DNA of 64,000 nt from an uncultured Gammaproteobacteria bacterium (GTDB lineage Bacteria; Patescibacteriota; Patescibacteriia; Patescibacteriales; UBA12465): the NCBI GenBank assembly GCA_964470695.1, contig CAYYDR010000002.1:200401-264400 (forward strand). The letters are read 5' to 3'. How positions within the stretch are numbered: position 1 is the first letter of the stretch; the number at the start of each line of letters is the position of its first letter. Position numbers and translations under genes: made by a program. A model generated the notes under the pieces. That model had not been told where the DNA came from and did not search any database. It was given only the letters and a program-made list of their open reading frames with translations. Of the stretch, positions 17,647-26,189 are shown one piece after another.

Positions 17647-19086
17647 ATGGAAAAGAAACTAGTTAAACCAGACAGCCCGGCAGGGTTTCTGGATTTTCTA
17701 ACACCCGATTTTCTGGCGCGTGAAAGCGCCCTGAAAGTCATAAATAGAGTATTTAGGTCGTATGGATACGACCAGATTGAAGGGCCAGTAGCGGAGTTTC
17801 TGGACGTTCTGATCGGGGAAGACGAAACCAGTAAAAATATCTTTCTTCTCCGTGATAACGGCAGGTCTTCTGTGGAGCAGCAAATGGCTCTCCGTTTTGA
17901 CCTTACCGTTCAAACCGCTCGCATTTTGGCCGCCAATCCTTATGACCCAAAAACTCAGACCGGGATTAAGCTGCCTTGGCGACGCATGGTAGTCGGACCA
18001 GCTTTTAGGACCGATCAGCCGCAAAAAGGGCGGTACCGTCAATTCTATCAGTTTGACATTGATATCTTGGGAACAAGCTCAATGTTAGCTGATGCGGAAG
18101 TGGTTTCTATTATTAATGAAACTTTTCGCGCTCTCGGTATTGAGAGCTTCCTGATAAAAATTAATAATAGAAAAATTCTTAACAGTATCGCGGATTTAGT
18201 AGATTTGCAAAGCCGGCCTAAAGTTGACCGGGAAAATATTCTTCTAGCCATCTTAAGAATCTTGGATAAGATGGAAAAGATAGGTTTGGACGGCGTAGAA
18301 AACGAATTGTTGGCTGTGCCGGAAAGTGAATATGATCCTCGGCCAAATTTATCTCCACTCGCAGTAGAAAAGATAAAAAATCTCCTTTCTATTCCTGGAA
18401 GTAATTTAGAAAAGCTAAAAGCCGCTAAACAGATTTTTGCCGGGATTAAAATTGCCGAAGAAGGAATCGCGGAGCTGGAAGATATTATCCGGCTTTGCCC
18501 CGATGCTTCAGAGGTGGTTGAAGTTAATTTTTCGGTTGTCAGGGGGCTGGATTACTACACTGGCCCAGTTATGGAGACCTCTATTTTAGGTGCTGAGGAA
18601 TTTGGCAGCGTCTTCTCGGGCGGTCGCTATGACAACCTAATGGAACGGTTTACTGGAAAACCTTTACCCGCTGTCGGGGCTTCAATCGGCGTTGATCGCC
18701 TATTTGCCGCTTTAAAGCATTTAGGCCTCATCAAAACCGATAAGCAGTCGGCGACGGAAGTTATTATTCTGGATATTGATGCGTCCCTGACGCAACTCTA
18801 TTTACAGGTAGCAAAGGAAATAAGAACTATGGGCTATAACGTGGAAATCTGTCTATTAGAAGATAAAACGTTTAAGTCCCAGTTCAATTTTGCTCTTAGC
18901 CGGGGAGCAGCCTTTATGATAATTCTGGGCGCTGATGAAGCAGCCCGGGGAGTTGTCAAATTAAAAGACCTGTCTTCCCGCAAACAGATTGACCTTACTT
19001 TTTCTGAGCTAGCTCATTATTTTCAGAAGCTAGCAATAACAGAACTCGCAAATAAAATGATTGTAGGAGTTAAGCATGAAACGTAG
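17647..19086 (+). CDS. hisS: Histidine--tRNA ligase (archaeal/eukaryal-like motif set)
   Basis: RFDLTVQTAR, motif 2 FRTDQPQKGRYRQFYQFDIDILG, motif 3 GGRYDNL...PAVGASIGVDRL, and a C-terminal anticodon-binding domain. Confidence 0.9.
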   Translation: MEKKLVKPDSPAGFLDFLTPDFLARESALKVINRVFRSYGYDQIEGPVAEFLDVLIGEDETSKNIFLLRDNGRSSVEQQMALRFDLTVQTARILAANPYDPKTQTGIKLPWRRMVVGPAFRTDQPQKGRYRQFYQFDIDILGTSSMLADAEVVSIINETFRALGIESFLIKINNRKILNSIADLVDLQSRPKVDRENILLAILRILDKMEKIGLDGVENELLAVPESEYDPRPNLSPLAVEKIKNLLSIPGSNLEKLKAAKQIFAGIKIAEEGIAELEDIIRLCPDASEVVEVNFSVVRGLDYYTGPVMETSILGAEEFGSVFSGGRYDNLMERFTGKPLPAVGASIGVDRLFAALKHLGLIKTDKQSATEVIILDIDASLTQLYLQVAKEIRTMGYNVEICLLEDKTFKSQFNFALSRGAAFMIILGADEAARGVVKLKDLSSRKQIDLTFSELAHYFQKLAITELANKMIVGVKHET

Positions 19087-20749
19087 AATAATAGAAACCG
19101 TGGTCCTTAACGGCCACAATTTGACAATGGAGGAAGCTGTTGCGATTGCTCGCGGCAGCTTTGATCATCAAGGAAAAAGAGTTTATCCACTTGTTTCCTT
19201 AGACCCTCAAGCCAGAAACGATATTAAAGAATTTCGCGATGGCTTAGAAGCAAGAATCGCTGCTGGCGATATTATTTACGGCGTTAATACCGGTTGCGGA
19301 ATTAAAAAAGGCACCATAATCCCTAATGATGAAATTGATGATTATCAGGCTCACTATATTCCGGCACATTGCGTGGGATTTGGAGAACCTTTTAGCGAAG
19401 AAATAGTCAGATTAGCAATGGTGCTCAGAGTTAATTCTTTTGCCCTAGGACACTCCGGTGTCCGTTTAGAAATATGTGAGAAGATCCTGGAGTTATACAA
19501 CAAGAACGTCATACCATTTATTCCTGAAAAAGGTTCAGTCGGTGCTAGCGGAGATTTATGCCCTCTGGCTCATATGTCAGCTACTATGCTCGGATTGACC
19601 GGACAGCAGGCTTACTGGGTGGGCTCTCTAATGGAAGCCAAAGAAGCTTTGAAAATGGCAGGAATAGAATCAATAACCCTTAGAGCTAAGGAGGCGATGG
19701 GCCTGACCAATGGATCCACCTTTACCTTAGCTATTGGACTGTTAGCGGTTTATGACGCCAGAAAATTATTCTCGTATTCTAATTTTGCCGCCGCCTTATC
19801 ACTTGAAGCAATAAGAGGTGAAAAGGCTGCTTTTGATCCTCGTGTCCACAAAGCCCGTAAGAATTCTTATAGTATGGAAGTAGCTGAGACTATTCTTGAT
19901 TTAACTAAGAATTCTCAGCGCATGACTGCCGGGTCTCAGGCCGTTTGTCTGGAAGCAGAAAAGAAAATAAAAAAATACGATGACCGTTGGCATGAAAAAA
20001 CTCTTCCTCGGGTTCAAGACGCCTATTCTTTTAGGGGCTACCCTCAGGTTGCCGGGCCAGTCTTGAAGAATTTGGAATATGCTTATCAGGTATTTATTGA
20101 TGAGATAAATGCCGCAACGGATAATCCTCTGATTTTTAAGATTAAAACTGAAGGACAACCGGATAGATTTGAAACACTGTCTGGCGGTAATTTCCACGGC
20201 GAACCATTGGCTCAGGCTGTAGCGATATTGGCTATTGGCATGCAGAGTCTGGCCGGTATCTCTGATCGCCGATTCTATTCGCTAACAATGCCATCAACTA
20301 GTTACGGTTTGCCGGCTGATTTAGTCGGTCCAACTAAAAGTGATTTGAACACTGGATTTATGATTCTCCAATACACTACAGCCTCTCTAGTATCGGAGAA
20401 TAAAATACTTTGTTATCCAGCTGTTGTGGACTCTATACCCACCTCAGCAAACCAAGAGGACTACGTAAGCATGGGCATAATTGGCGCCCGTAACTTGCGT
20501 GAAGTCATCAACAATACCTACGGAATTATTGCTGCCGAATTATTAGCAGCGGCTCAAGGCATCTCTTTAACTGAAGATGAATTAAAAACCTCGAGCCACA
20601 GCAAGTTAGGCGACAAAACAACTTTGATCTTTAACAATATTCGTAAAGTTGTGCCCCCTATGCTAGAGGATAGATACATTTATACCGACTTTAGAAAAAT
20701 GATAGATTATCTCTTAGAGCATAATCCCGAAGACCTATTCGCCGACTAA
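19076..20749 (+). CDS. hutH: Histidine ammonia-lyase
   Basis: MIO-forming GSVGASGDLCPLAH. The start overlaps the hisS stop by 11 nt, and an SD sequence AGGAG lies at 19065-19069. Confidence 0.93.
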   Translation: MKRRIIETVVLNGHNLTMEEAVAIARGSFDHQGKRVYPLVSLDPQARNDIKEFRDGLEARIAAGDIIYGVNTGCGIKKGTIIPNDEIDDYQAHYIPAHCVGFGEPFSEEIVRLAMVLRVNSFALGHSGVRLEICEKILELYNKNVIPFIPEKGSVGASGDLCPLAHMSATMLGLTGQQAYWVGSLMEAKEALKMAGIESITLRAKEAMGLTNGSTFTLAIGLLAVYDARKLFSYSNFAAALSLEAIRGEKAAFDPRVHKARKNSYSMEVAETILDLTKNSQRMTAGSQAVCLEAEKKIKKYDDRWHEKTLPRVQDAYSFRGYPQVAGPVLKNLEYAYQVFIDEINAATDNPLIFKIKTEGQPDRFETLSGGNFHGEPLAQAVAILAIGMQSLAGISDRRFYSLTMPSTSYGLPADLVGPTKSDLNTGFMILQYTTASLVSENKILCYPAVVDSIPTSANQEDYVSMGIIGARNLREVINNTYGIIAAELLAAAQGISLTEDELKTSSHSKLGDKTTLIFNNIRKVVPPMLEDRYIYTDFRKMIDYLLEHNPEDLFAD

Positions 20750-20798
20750 GAAAGCTTGTTCATAAAATAATTAAGTAATTTTAATCAATAATTTATCC

Positions 20799-20830
20799 CC
20801 GGCCCCTGAAATAAACAGGAGCCGGTTTTT
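20799..20830 (+). terminator. Intrinsic terminator
   Basis: CCGGCcCCTG-aaataaa-CAGGaGCCGG followed by T5. Confidence 0.7.
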
Positions 20831-20845
20831 ATTTTTAAATCTTAT

Positions 20846-20875
20846 TTGACACGCATAGTATAAAAATGGTATATA
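20846..20875 (+). promoter_or_regulatory. Sigma70-type promoter (extended -10)
   Basis: TTGACA 20846-20851, 18-nt spacer, TGgTATATA ending at 20875. Confidence 0.5.
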
Positions 20876-20942
20876 TTTTAGTTAAATTAGTTCATTAATA
20901 AAAAATCAATTTATTTTTAATTATTTTCCAAGGAGCATTGTA

Positions 20943-21758
20943 ATGAATAAACTTGTTTTAATGGATTTAGATTTAACTTTAATTGATCGGGGGTATAACT
21001 TAACCGTTCCCTTGGACCAGATCAGGCCTGTTGTAGCGGCCGCTAAAATGAGGGGAATAACTATGGGACTAAATTCTGATTCTCCCTATGAATCACTTAG
21101 ACGTTGGTATGATAGCCTTGGTTTAAATGGACCGATTATTTCCGAAAGAGGGGCGAGAGTGTATTTGCCCGATTGGCCGACCCCGATAGATTTTTCCTCG
21201 CCTGGCGCTAGTCTTTTCCCGCGTCTGAGAGAAGATTTTATCAAAAATCTCCCCTCAGTTTGTTCTCATGTTCTTTGTGGCGATGCTAATAATCTGCAAG
21301 CTCAGCCTCGTCCCGATCCAGTCGGCGATAAATTCATTATAGTTAATGGTTATCGTGAGAGGAGTATTAGTTTTTTTGCTCGTCAGGTCGGTCCCGATGG
21401 CAAGCTTATCGCCGAACCAGACTTGCTTAAAAAGGCGGCTAGCCTCCTTAATGATTTGGCCCAGAAGTATCCCTTGCTTTGGGAAGAAAGAGATATTGAT
21501 GATAACCCAGATTACTGCATTTATATAATGCACAGCCGGATTTCCCAGAAACATTCTACGGTAGTTAGGCTACTAAATGAGTTTAATTTAGAGCAGCTAT
21601 GGATGGTGGGCGATAATCTGCCCGATTTCATAGATGACTTAAGGGTTAATCATGTCGCCGTCGCTAACGCCCGCGACACCTTCAAGGCCAAAGCTAAAAT
21701 AATAACCGCTAAGCCCATTACCGAAGGAGTATTAGAATTTTTAGAAGCCTTAGCTTAA
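20943..21758 (+). CDS. HAD-superfamily phosphatase (Cof/IIB-like)
   Basis: Motif I LMDLDLTLID, late motif VGDNLPDFIDD, and an SD sequence AAGGAG. Confidence 0.6.
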   Translation: MNKLVLMDLDLTLIDRGYNLTVPLDQIRPVVAAAKMRGITMGLNSDSPYESLRRWYDSLGLNGPIISERGARVYLPDWPTPIDFSSPGASLFPRLREDFIKNLPSVCSHVLCGDANNLQAQPRPDPVGDKFIIVNGYRERSISFFARQVGPDGKLIAEPDLLKKAASLLNDLAQKYPLLWEERDIDDNPDYCIYIMHSRISQKHSTVVRLLNEFNLEQLWMVGDNLPDFIDDLRVNHVAVANARDTFKAKAKIITAKPITEGVLEFLEALA

Positions 21759-21792
21759 GATTTTATCTTAAGGTGTTGGTATTTTTTAGACA

Positions 21793-21819
21793 GCAGCTGA
21801 ACCAATCGGCTGCTTTTTT
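21793..21819 (+). terminator. Intrinsic terminator
   Basis: GCAGCTG-aaccaat-CGGCTGC followed by T6. Confidence 0.75.
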
Positions 21820-21894
21820 ATAGCCATTTTGTTTATCTATTTTAAGATTTTTATTGATTTTTTGACTTTAATCTGTCATTATTTTAGTAAGCAT

Positions 21895-22557
21895 ATGTTT
21901 GATAGAGCTAAAACAATTTTTTTTGATTTGGATGGAACTCTCTATAAGATGAAGGGTGGTTCTTATAATGAATCGCCGCTTAAGCGTTATGTTCTAAAAA
22001 ACGCGGCCTCTTTTATTTCTTTTAGACTAAAAAAGAAAAAAACTGAAGGCAAGCGAATATTGGAAAGTATTCTAAAAAAATACGAAGAAGAGATAAGTAT
22101 TGGTGTGGAAAAAGAACTAGGTTTAGATCGTCATGATTATTTTAATACAGTTTGGGATATTCCCGCTCGCTCTATAGTTAGTCGGGAGAGGAATTTACGC
22201 GTCAATCTTTTAAAGTTAAAAAAACGTTATCGTCTGGTAATTATATCGGACGCCCCATTAGTCTGGACTAGAAATGTTTTAGTTGAGCTGGGGATATATG
22301 ATATATTTAAGACTAATATTTTCTCCGGAGAGAGTAATATTCGTAAAGGATTTAAGACCGCCTTCCCAAGTATCATGAAAACCCTGAAAGTTAAAGCAGA
22401 GGAGTGTATTTCCGTTGGAGACCAGGAGCATAGCGATATAATACCGGCTAAAAAATTAGGCCTTAAGACCGTTTTTATCAGCCAGACCCAGAAATCAGTC
22501 TCAGCTGACTATAATATTAAATCTATTAAAGAATTAGCAGATCTATTATTAAAATAG
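21895..22557 (+). CDS. HAD-superfamily hydrolase (subfamily IA-like)
   Basis: FFDLDGTLYK at the N-terminus when started from ATG 21895, plus SVGDQEHSDI. The ORF-track start 21829 would add a nonsensical hydrophobic leader across the promoter. Confidence 0.65.
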   Translation: MFDRAKTIFFDLDGTLYKMKGGSYNESPLKRYVLKNAASFISFRLKKKKTEGKRILESILKKYEEEISIGVEKELGLDRHDYFNTVWDIPARSIVSRERNLRVNLLKLKKRYRLVIISDAPLVWTRNVLVELGIYDIFKTNIFSGESNIRKGFKTAFPSIMKTLKVKAEECISVGDQEHSDIIPAKKLGLKTVFISQTQKSVSADYNIKSIKELADLLLK

Positions 22558-22701
22558 AAATAACTTTTTGCTTTGGCCAAAGCATAAAAAGGTGGTGTTT
22601 TTCTCTTGACTCTTTTAAGTATATATGTCATACTTAATTGAGTTATTTTTTTTATTTTTTAGTAGTTCATTAATAAAAATATTTTTTATCAAGGAGATAA
22701 A

Positions 22702-23583
22702 ATGAAATCAGTGATAATACAATTACTAGAGAGCTTGTTGCAAGCCGAGTTTATCGGTGAATATTCCCCAGGACATATGGGAGCATCAGTCTTACGTTTC
22801 AAACATCTAGTCAAAGGGGCATTGGTAGTTAAAATAGCTGCTGATGATGGGTCTATGGCCGCTCAAGACATAGCTGATAACCTAGTCGGGTATCAAAAAA
22901 TAAGACTTATAGGAGGGGGAGGCATCCTGCCCGACAACCTAGAAGAATTGACCGTTCCAGGCTATAAGGCCATTGTAATGAGTGATTTGGGTAAAGCTAT
23001 CCGTTACTCAGAAAAATGCCCTATTAAAGCTAAACTTCTCTGGCTCCACTATCTGGATATTGTTATGGTGACTAGGAAGACGGCCTCTAAATTAGCCAGC
23101 GATTACAATCCCAAGCTTTTTATTGAAGAGGTTTTAGAAGCTATCAAGCGCTTTGAAGGAGAAGGGGCGGTAATTTCTAGTGCTATCAGCCAGTCTGATT
23201 TATCTGATAATTATGGCGACCCCGCTCTAATGCTGCTTGATTTTACTCCTGATAACGTTTTTATGACCCCAGCCAATCTATCTTTCATAGACCCCTGGAA
23301 ACAGAAGAGTTATCTAGGCCATCCGGCAGTTAGCATCGGTCAGTTCGTTACCTTATGCCGTATTTATGCGGTAAACGGTTATGAAGAAGCGAATAGCTTC
23401 TTAAGAAAGACTTGCCTTAATGAGATGCCGAAATTGATTGATTGCAGCCCTAAATCAGTAGAGAAAGCTTTTCGCTTGGGAGCTACTTTACAGCTGGTTT
23501 TATCGGCTTATGTTCGCCGGGTCTCTGAGCCGGAAAGAGCGGAAGCCTTTCTAGACGAGGCCAAACAATTGTGGGTGCAGTGA
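22702..23583 (+). CDS. Kinase-like protein (aminoglycoside/choline-kinase phosphotransferase fold)
   Basis: VVKIA (beta3 Lys) and LLDFTPDNVFM...SFIDPW, resembling the HxDxxxxN...D catalytic loop. A strong SD sequence AAGGAG is present. Confidence 0.45.
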   Translation: MKSVIIQLLESLLQAEFIGEYSPGHMGASVLRFKHLVKGALVVKIAADDGSMAAQDIADNLVGYQKIRLIGGGGILPDNLEELTVPGYKAIVMSDLGKAIRYSEKCPIKAKLLWLHYLDIVMVTRKTASKLASDYNPKLFIEEVLEAIKRFEGEGAVISSAISQSDLSDNYGDPALMLLDFTPDNVFMTPANLSFIDPWKQKSYLGHPAVSIGQFVTLCRIYAVNGYEEANSFLRKTCLNEMPKLIDCSPKSVEKAFRLGATLQLVLSAYVRRVSEPERAEAFLDEAKQLWVQ

Positions 23584-23587
23584 TTTG

Positions 23588-23618
23588 GGGTGGTGTTCTA
23601 ACAGACATCACCCTTTTT
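23588..23618 (+). terminator. Intrinsic terminator
   Basis: GGGTGGTGT-8 nt loop-ACATCACCC followed by T5. Confidence 0.75.
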
Positions 23619-23668
23619 ATAAAAAATAACTCAAAATATATCTAAGGGCGAGGTAGGGAGCAGATTAT

Positions 23669-23697
23669 TTGACATAATTCTACGAATAAGCTATTAT
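23669..23697 (+). promoter_or_regulatory. Sigma70-type promoter of the His-leader/PRTase-like unit
   Basis: TTGACA 23669-23674, 17-nt spacer, TATTAT 23692-23697. Confidence 0.6.
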
Positions 23698-23714
23698 TGT
23701 ATTAATCGTAAAAT

Positions 23715-23792
23715 ATGAATAATTATCAATTAATCACAATCTCTATCCATCATCACAATCACCTCTCCCGAGAAGAGATTAATTTTGGTTAA
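23715..23792 (+). CDS. Candidate 25-codon His-rich leader peptide MNNYQLITISIHHHNHLSREEINFG
   Basis: The ATG is 18 nt after the -10 element. Codons CAT CAT CAC AAT CAC lie at 23748-23762, and a terminator lies 38 nt after the stop. There is no clear SD sequence. Confidence 0.45.
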   Translation: MNNYQLITISIHHHNHLSREEINFG

Positions 23793-23829
23793 TTATTTTT
23801 TAAGATAAATTAAACTAACCTAACTTGAT

Positions 23830-23850
23830 CCCTTCTCAGAAGGGTTTTTT
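23830..23850 (+). terminator. Leader (attenuator-type) intrinsic terminator
   Basis: CCCTTC-tca-GAAGGG followed by T6. It sits between the promoter and the SD-preceded start at 23912. Confidence 0.6.
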
Positions 23851-23911
23851 GTTTTAAATGGCAAATGATAGTTCCTTTAAAAATTTTATAAACATAAACG
23901 GAGGAAGGACG

Positions 23912-24796
23912 ATGAATCGATCCTACATAGTTTCGCAAGATATCCAACTGCTCTTAAAACAATGGGCAGGACAGAGAAATTTTATTTTACCATCAGCAGA
24001 CTTCTTTGCCGCTTCACGTTTAAGAATGACTGAGAAGTTAGAGCAGATTTTCAAGCATGTCAAAATGCTTGAAGAAGAGGATTTGCAAAAAGGTGCTGCG
24101 AGCCTTATCCAGCATAGTATTTTCCCGGTCGTCTCTCTAGACAGAATTTATGTGGAGGCCGAACATTATTTAGACTTGACGCGCTTATCAATAATCGCCG
24201 ATAGCGTATTTAATGAAATTGGTCTGCAGAGCAGACACGGAGCGCCCAGTATAGATGATCAAGTTAATTTGTTAATGCTTGATTTATCTGAGCAAAAGCT
24301 CCCTTGGACTATAGCCTTATTTGATGACGTTATCTATTCGGGAAACGGAATCTTAAAAGTTATAGATCTATTGAAAAAAGTCGGTGTGACAGTGGCCGAA
24401 GTTTACGTGGCTGTCGGCGTTACTAAGGGGGTAGATAAAATTCGAGCCCGAGACATCCCAGTAAAGTGTGTTTACGAATTTGATGAAGTAATTGATGAAA
24501 TTTGTGAGCGTGATTTTTTCCCTGGCGTCCCCTTGTCCGGCAAATTGATAGACGGAGTAAGACATACCTACCTTTCCTTAGAAAACATTGGTGATTGTGC
24601 CTCTATTCCCGAGGAACACCAGAGAGACTTTTCATTATTTTGTTGGCAGCAGACAGCTGAATTGTTTGCCGCTATTGAAGAGTGCTCGGGTAAGCCAGTC
24701 CTATGTCGCGATTTGGGCGTTTTAATCCATGGCATTCCCACTAACGGTACGCGTTATGTAGAAGCCATAGAAACTGTTCTTTTAAGCCTTAACTAA
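23912..24796 (+). CDS. Type I phosphoribosyltransferase-like protein of unknown specificity
   Basis: PRPP-loop-like IALFDDVIYSGNGILKVIDLLKKVG. I prefer the ATG 23912 with GGAGGA 6 nt upstream over ATG 23858, which abuts the terminator. Confidence 0.5.
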   Translation: MNRSYIVSQDIQLLLKQWAGQRNFILPSADFFAASRLRMTEKLEQIFKHVKMLEEEDLQKGAASLIQHSIFPVVSLDRIYVEAEHYLDLTRLSIIADSVFNEIGLQSRHGAPSIDDQVNLLMLDLSEQKLPWTIALFDDVIYSGNGILKVIDLLKKVGVTVAEVYVAVGVTKGVDKIRARDIPVKCVYEFDEVIDEICERDFFPGVPLSGKLIDGVRHTYLSLENIGDCASIPEEHQRDFSLFCWQQTAELFAAIEECSGKPVLCRDLGVLIHGIPTNGTRYVEAIETVLLSLN

Positions 24797-24828
24797 ACTG
24801 AGGTTAGTCTCGAATAGTTTAGAAGAAT

Positions 24829-24857
24829 AACCGGTAATCTAATTTACCGGTTTTTTA
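24829..24857 (+). terminator. Intrinsic terminator
   Basis: AACCGGTAA-6 nt loop-TTACCGGTT followed by T6. Confidence 0.85.
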
Positions 24858-24876
24858 TTTCTAAATGGCGTTATAG

Positions 24877-24905
24877 TTGACTTTTTCTCAGAAATTAGGC
24901 ATTAT
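24877..24905 (+). promoter_or_regulatory. Sigma70-type promoter
   Basis: TTGACT 24877-24882, 17-nt spacer, CATTAT 24900-24905. Confidence 0.45.
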
Positions 24906-24940
24906 TATCTTAGTAAATCACAATAAAATTGACTAAAAAT

Positions 24941-25483
24941 ATGAAAGAAACAGACAGAAAACTACAAATAGGCGTGATGGGCTCAGCCGCCGACTTAAAT
25001 TATTCTAAGAATATAGAAGAATTGGCTTTTGCGATTGGCCAGGAAGTTGCTAAAAGCGGCAATATTACTGTTTACGGAGCCGAAAAAGATTATGATTCTT
25101 TATCAACGGCGGCTTCTCGGGGCGCTAAAAGTCTTAACGGTTTAACGGTCGGAGTAACTTATGGTAAAGGGAAGGACATTTGGGACAAAGAAGGCAATAC
25201 GGATGTTATTATTGTAACTGGTTTGGAGCGTGGCGGGGGGAGAGAATTTGTTTTGGTAAATTCTTGTGATGTGATTATTATTGTCTCAGGTGGCTCAGGA
25301 ACTTTAACCGAATCAGCTATTGCTTATCAGATGAATATTCCTATTATCGCTTTATCCGGTACGGGCGGTTGGGCTGATAAATTAGCCGATACTTATATTG
25401 ACGAAAGACAGCGAGTGAAAGTTGTGTCCGCCCAAACCCCCCAAGAAGCGGTCGCTTTAGCGATTAAGTTAGCTAAAAATTAA
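24941..25483 (+). CDS. LOG/TIGR00725-like Rossmann protein (nucleotide-binding, possible phosphoribohydrolase family)
   Basis: IGVMGSA...GLERGGGREFVLVNSCDVIIIVSGGSGTLTE. The ATG 24941 lies inside the ORF that the track starts at TTG 24929. Confidence 0.55.
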   Translation: MKETDRKLQIGVMGSAADLNYSKNIEELAFAIGQEVAKSGNITVYGAEKDYDSLSTAASRGAKSLNGLTVGVTYGKGKDIWDKEGNTDVIIVTGLERGGGREFVLVNSCDVIIIVSGGSGTLTESAIAYQMNIPIIALSGTGGWADKLADTYIDERQRVKVVSAQTPQEAVALAIKLAKN

Positions 25484-25553
25484 ATTAAATAGTAGTTAGC
25501 GTTTTTAGATTCTTTAATAAATTAATATAAACTAAAATCATTGAGGAGTGCCA

Positions 25554-26087
25554 ATGAAAACAATGACCGTAGAACCAGATTTAGCCACAGCCGTAAAAGA
25601 GGCAGAAATCTTAGCTATTAAACACGGCGGCTTTTACGCTATTATTCTTGATAACTGGCGGGGCTGGTATTTTATATATGATAGTCCTGAGGTTAGACTA
25701 TGCAATAATGATTGTGCTAATTGCAAATTGTATGAAGCGGTTAGCAGCAGTAGTGAAAATTCTCAGTACGCTCATTTTTTTGAAGCTAGTGAGTTAGATA
25801 AGAAGATGTTCGGGCCGCATAATTTCCGCAATTGCAAAACTCTGGATGGTTACAAAAAATCCTATGAATATTTTCTGGTAAATGAAACTAATTCACCAGA
25901 AGAAATTAAAGATGAACTTGATTTACTTTTAGGCATGAGAATAGTCTATGCTCAGGAGGGGAGCTCTTCTGATTTAGAGCTTAGCTTCAAGCGATCAGTT
26001 ATTGACTCTGTTTTGGCTCAGTGTGAAAAAGCTAAAAGCAACATAATTCGCGAGCATCTTTTGTCTAGAAATTTTTCAATCAGTTAA
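25554..26087 (+). CDS. Hypothetical protein (177 aa)
   Basis: ORF with a GAGGAG SD sequence upstream of ATG 25554. I recognise no motifs. Confidence 0.5.
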   Translation: MKTMTVEPDLATAVKEAEILAIKHGGFYAIILDNWRGWYFIYDSPEVRLCNNDCANCKLYEAVSSSSENSQYAHFFEASELDKKMFGPHNFRNCKTLDGYKKSYEYFLVNETNSPEEIKDELDLLLGMRIVYAQEGSSSDLELSFKRSVIDSVLAQCEKAKSNIIREHLLSRNFSIS

Positions 26088-26110
26088 AAGAAGCGTTATT
26101 ACTAAAGCTC

Positions 26111-26138
26111 TTGACATATTTATAATTTATGTTAATAT
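26111..26138 (+). promoter_or_regulatory. Sigma70-type promoter upstream of tRNA-His
   Basis: TTGACA 26111-26116, 16-nt spacer, TAATAT 26133-26138. Confidence 0.45.
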
Positions 26139-26189
26139 TCAATATTAAATTATAAGTCCTTTTAATAACAGATCAAACAAAGCTGAACC

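Noticed and set aside
17478-17741. An 87-aa minus-strand ORF across the hisS promoter and start. Similar antisense ORFs lie at 17698-18042, 18048-18251 and 14169-14492, and one at 59310-59528 overlies tRNA-Ser.
   Set aside because: They overlap promoters, terminators, a tRNA or strongly supported CDSs on the other strand, and have no independent signals.
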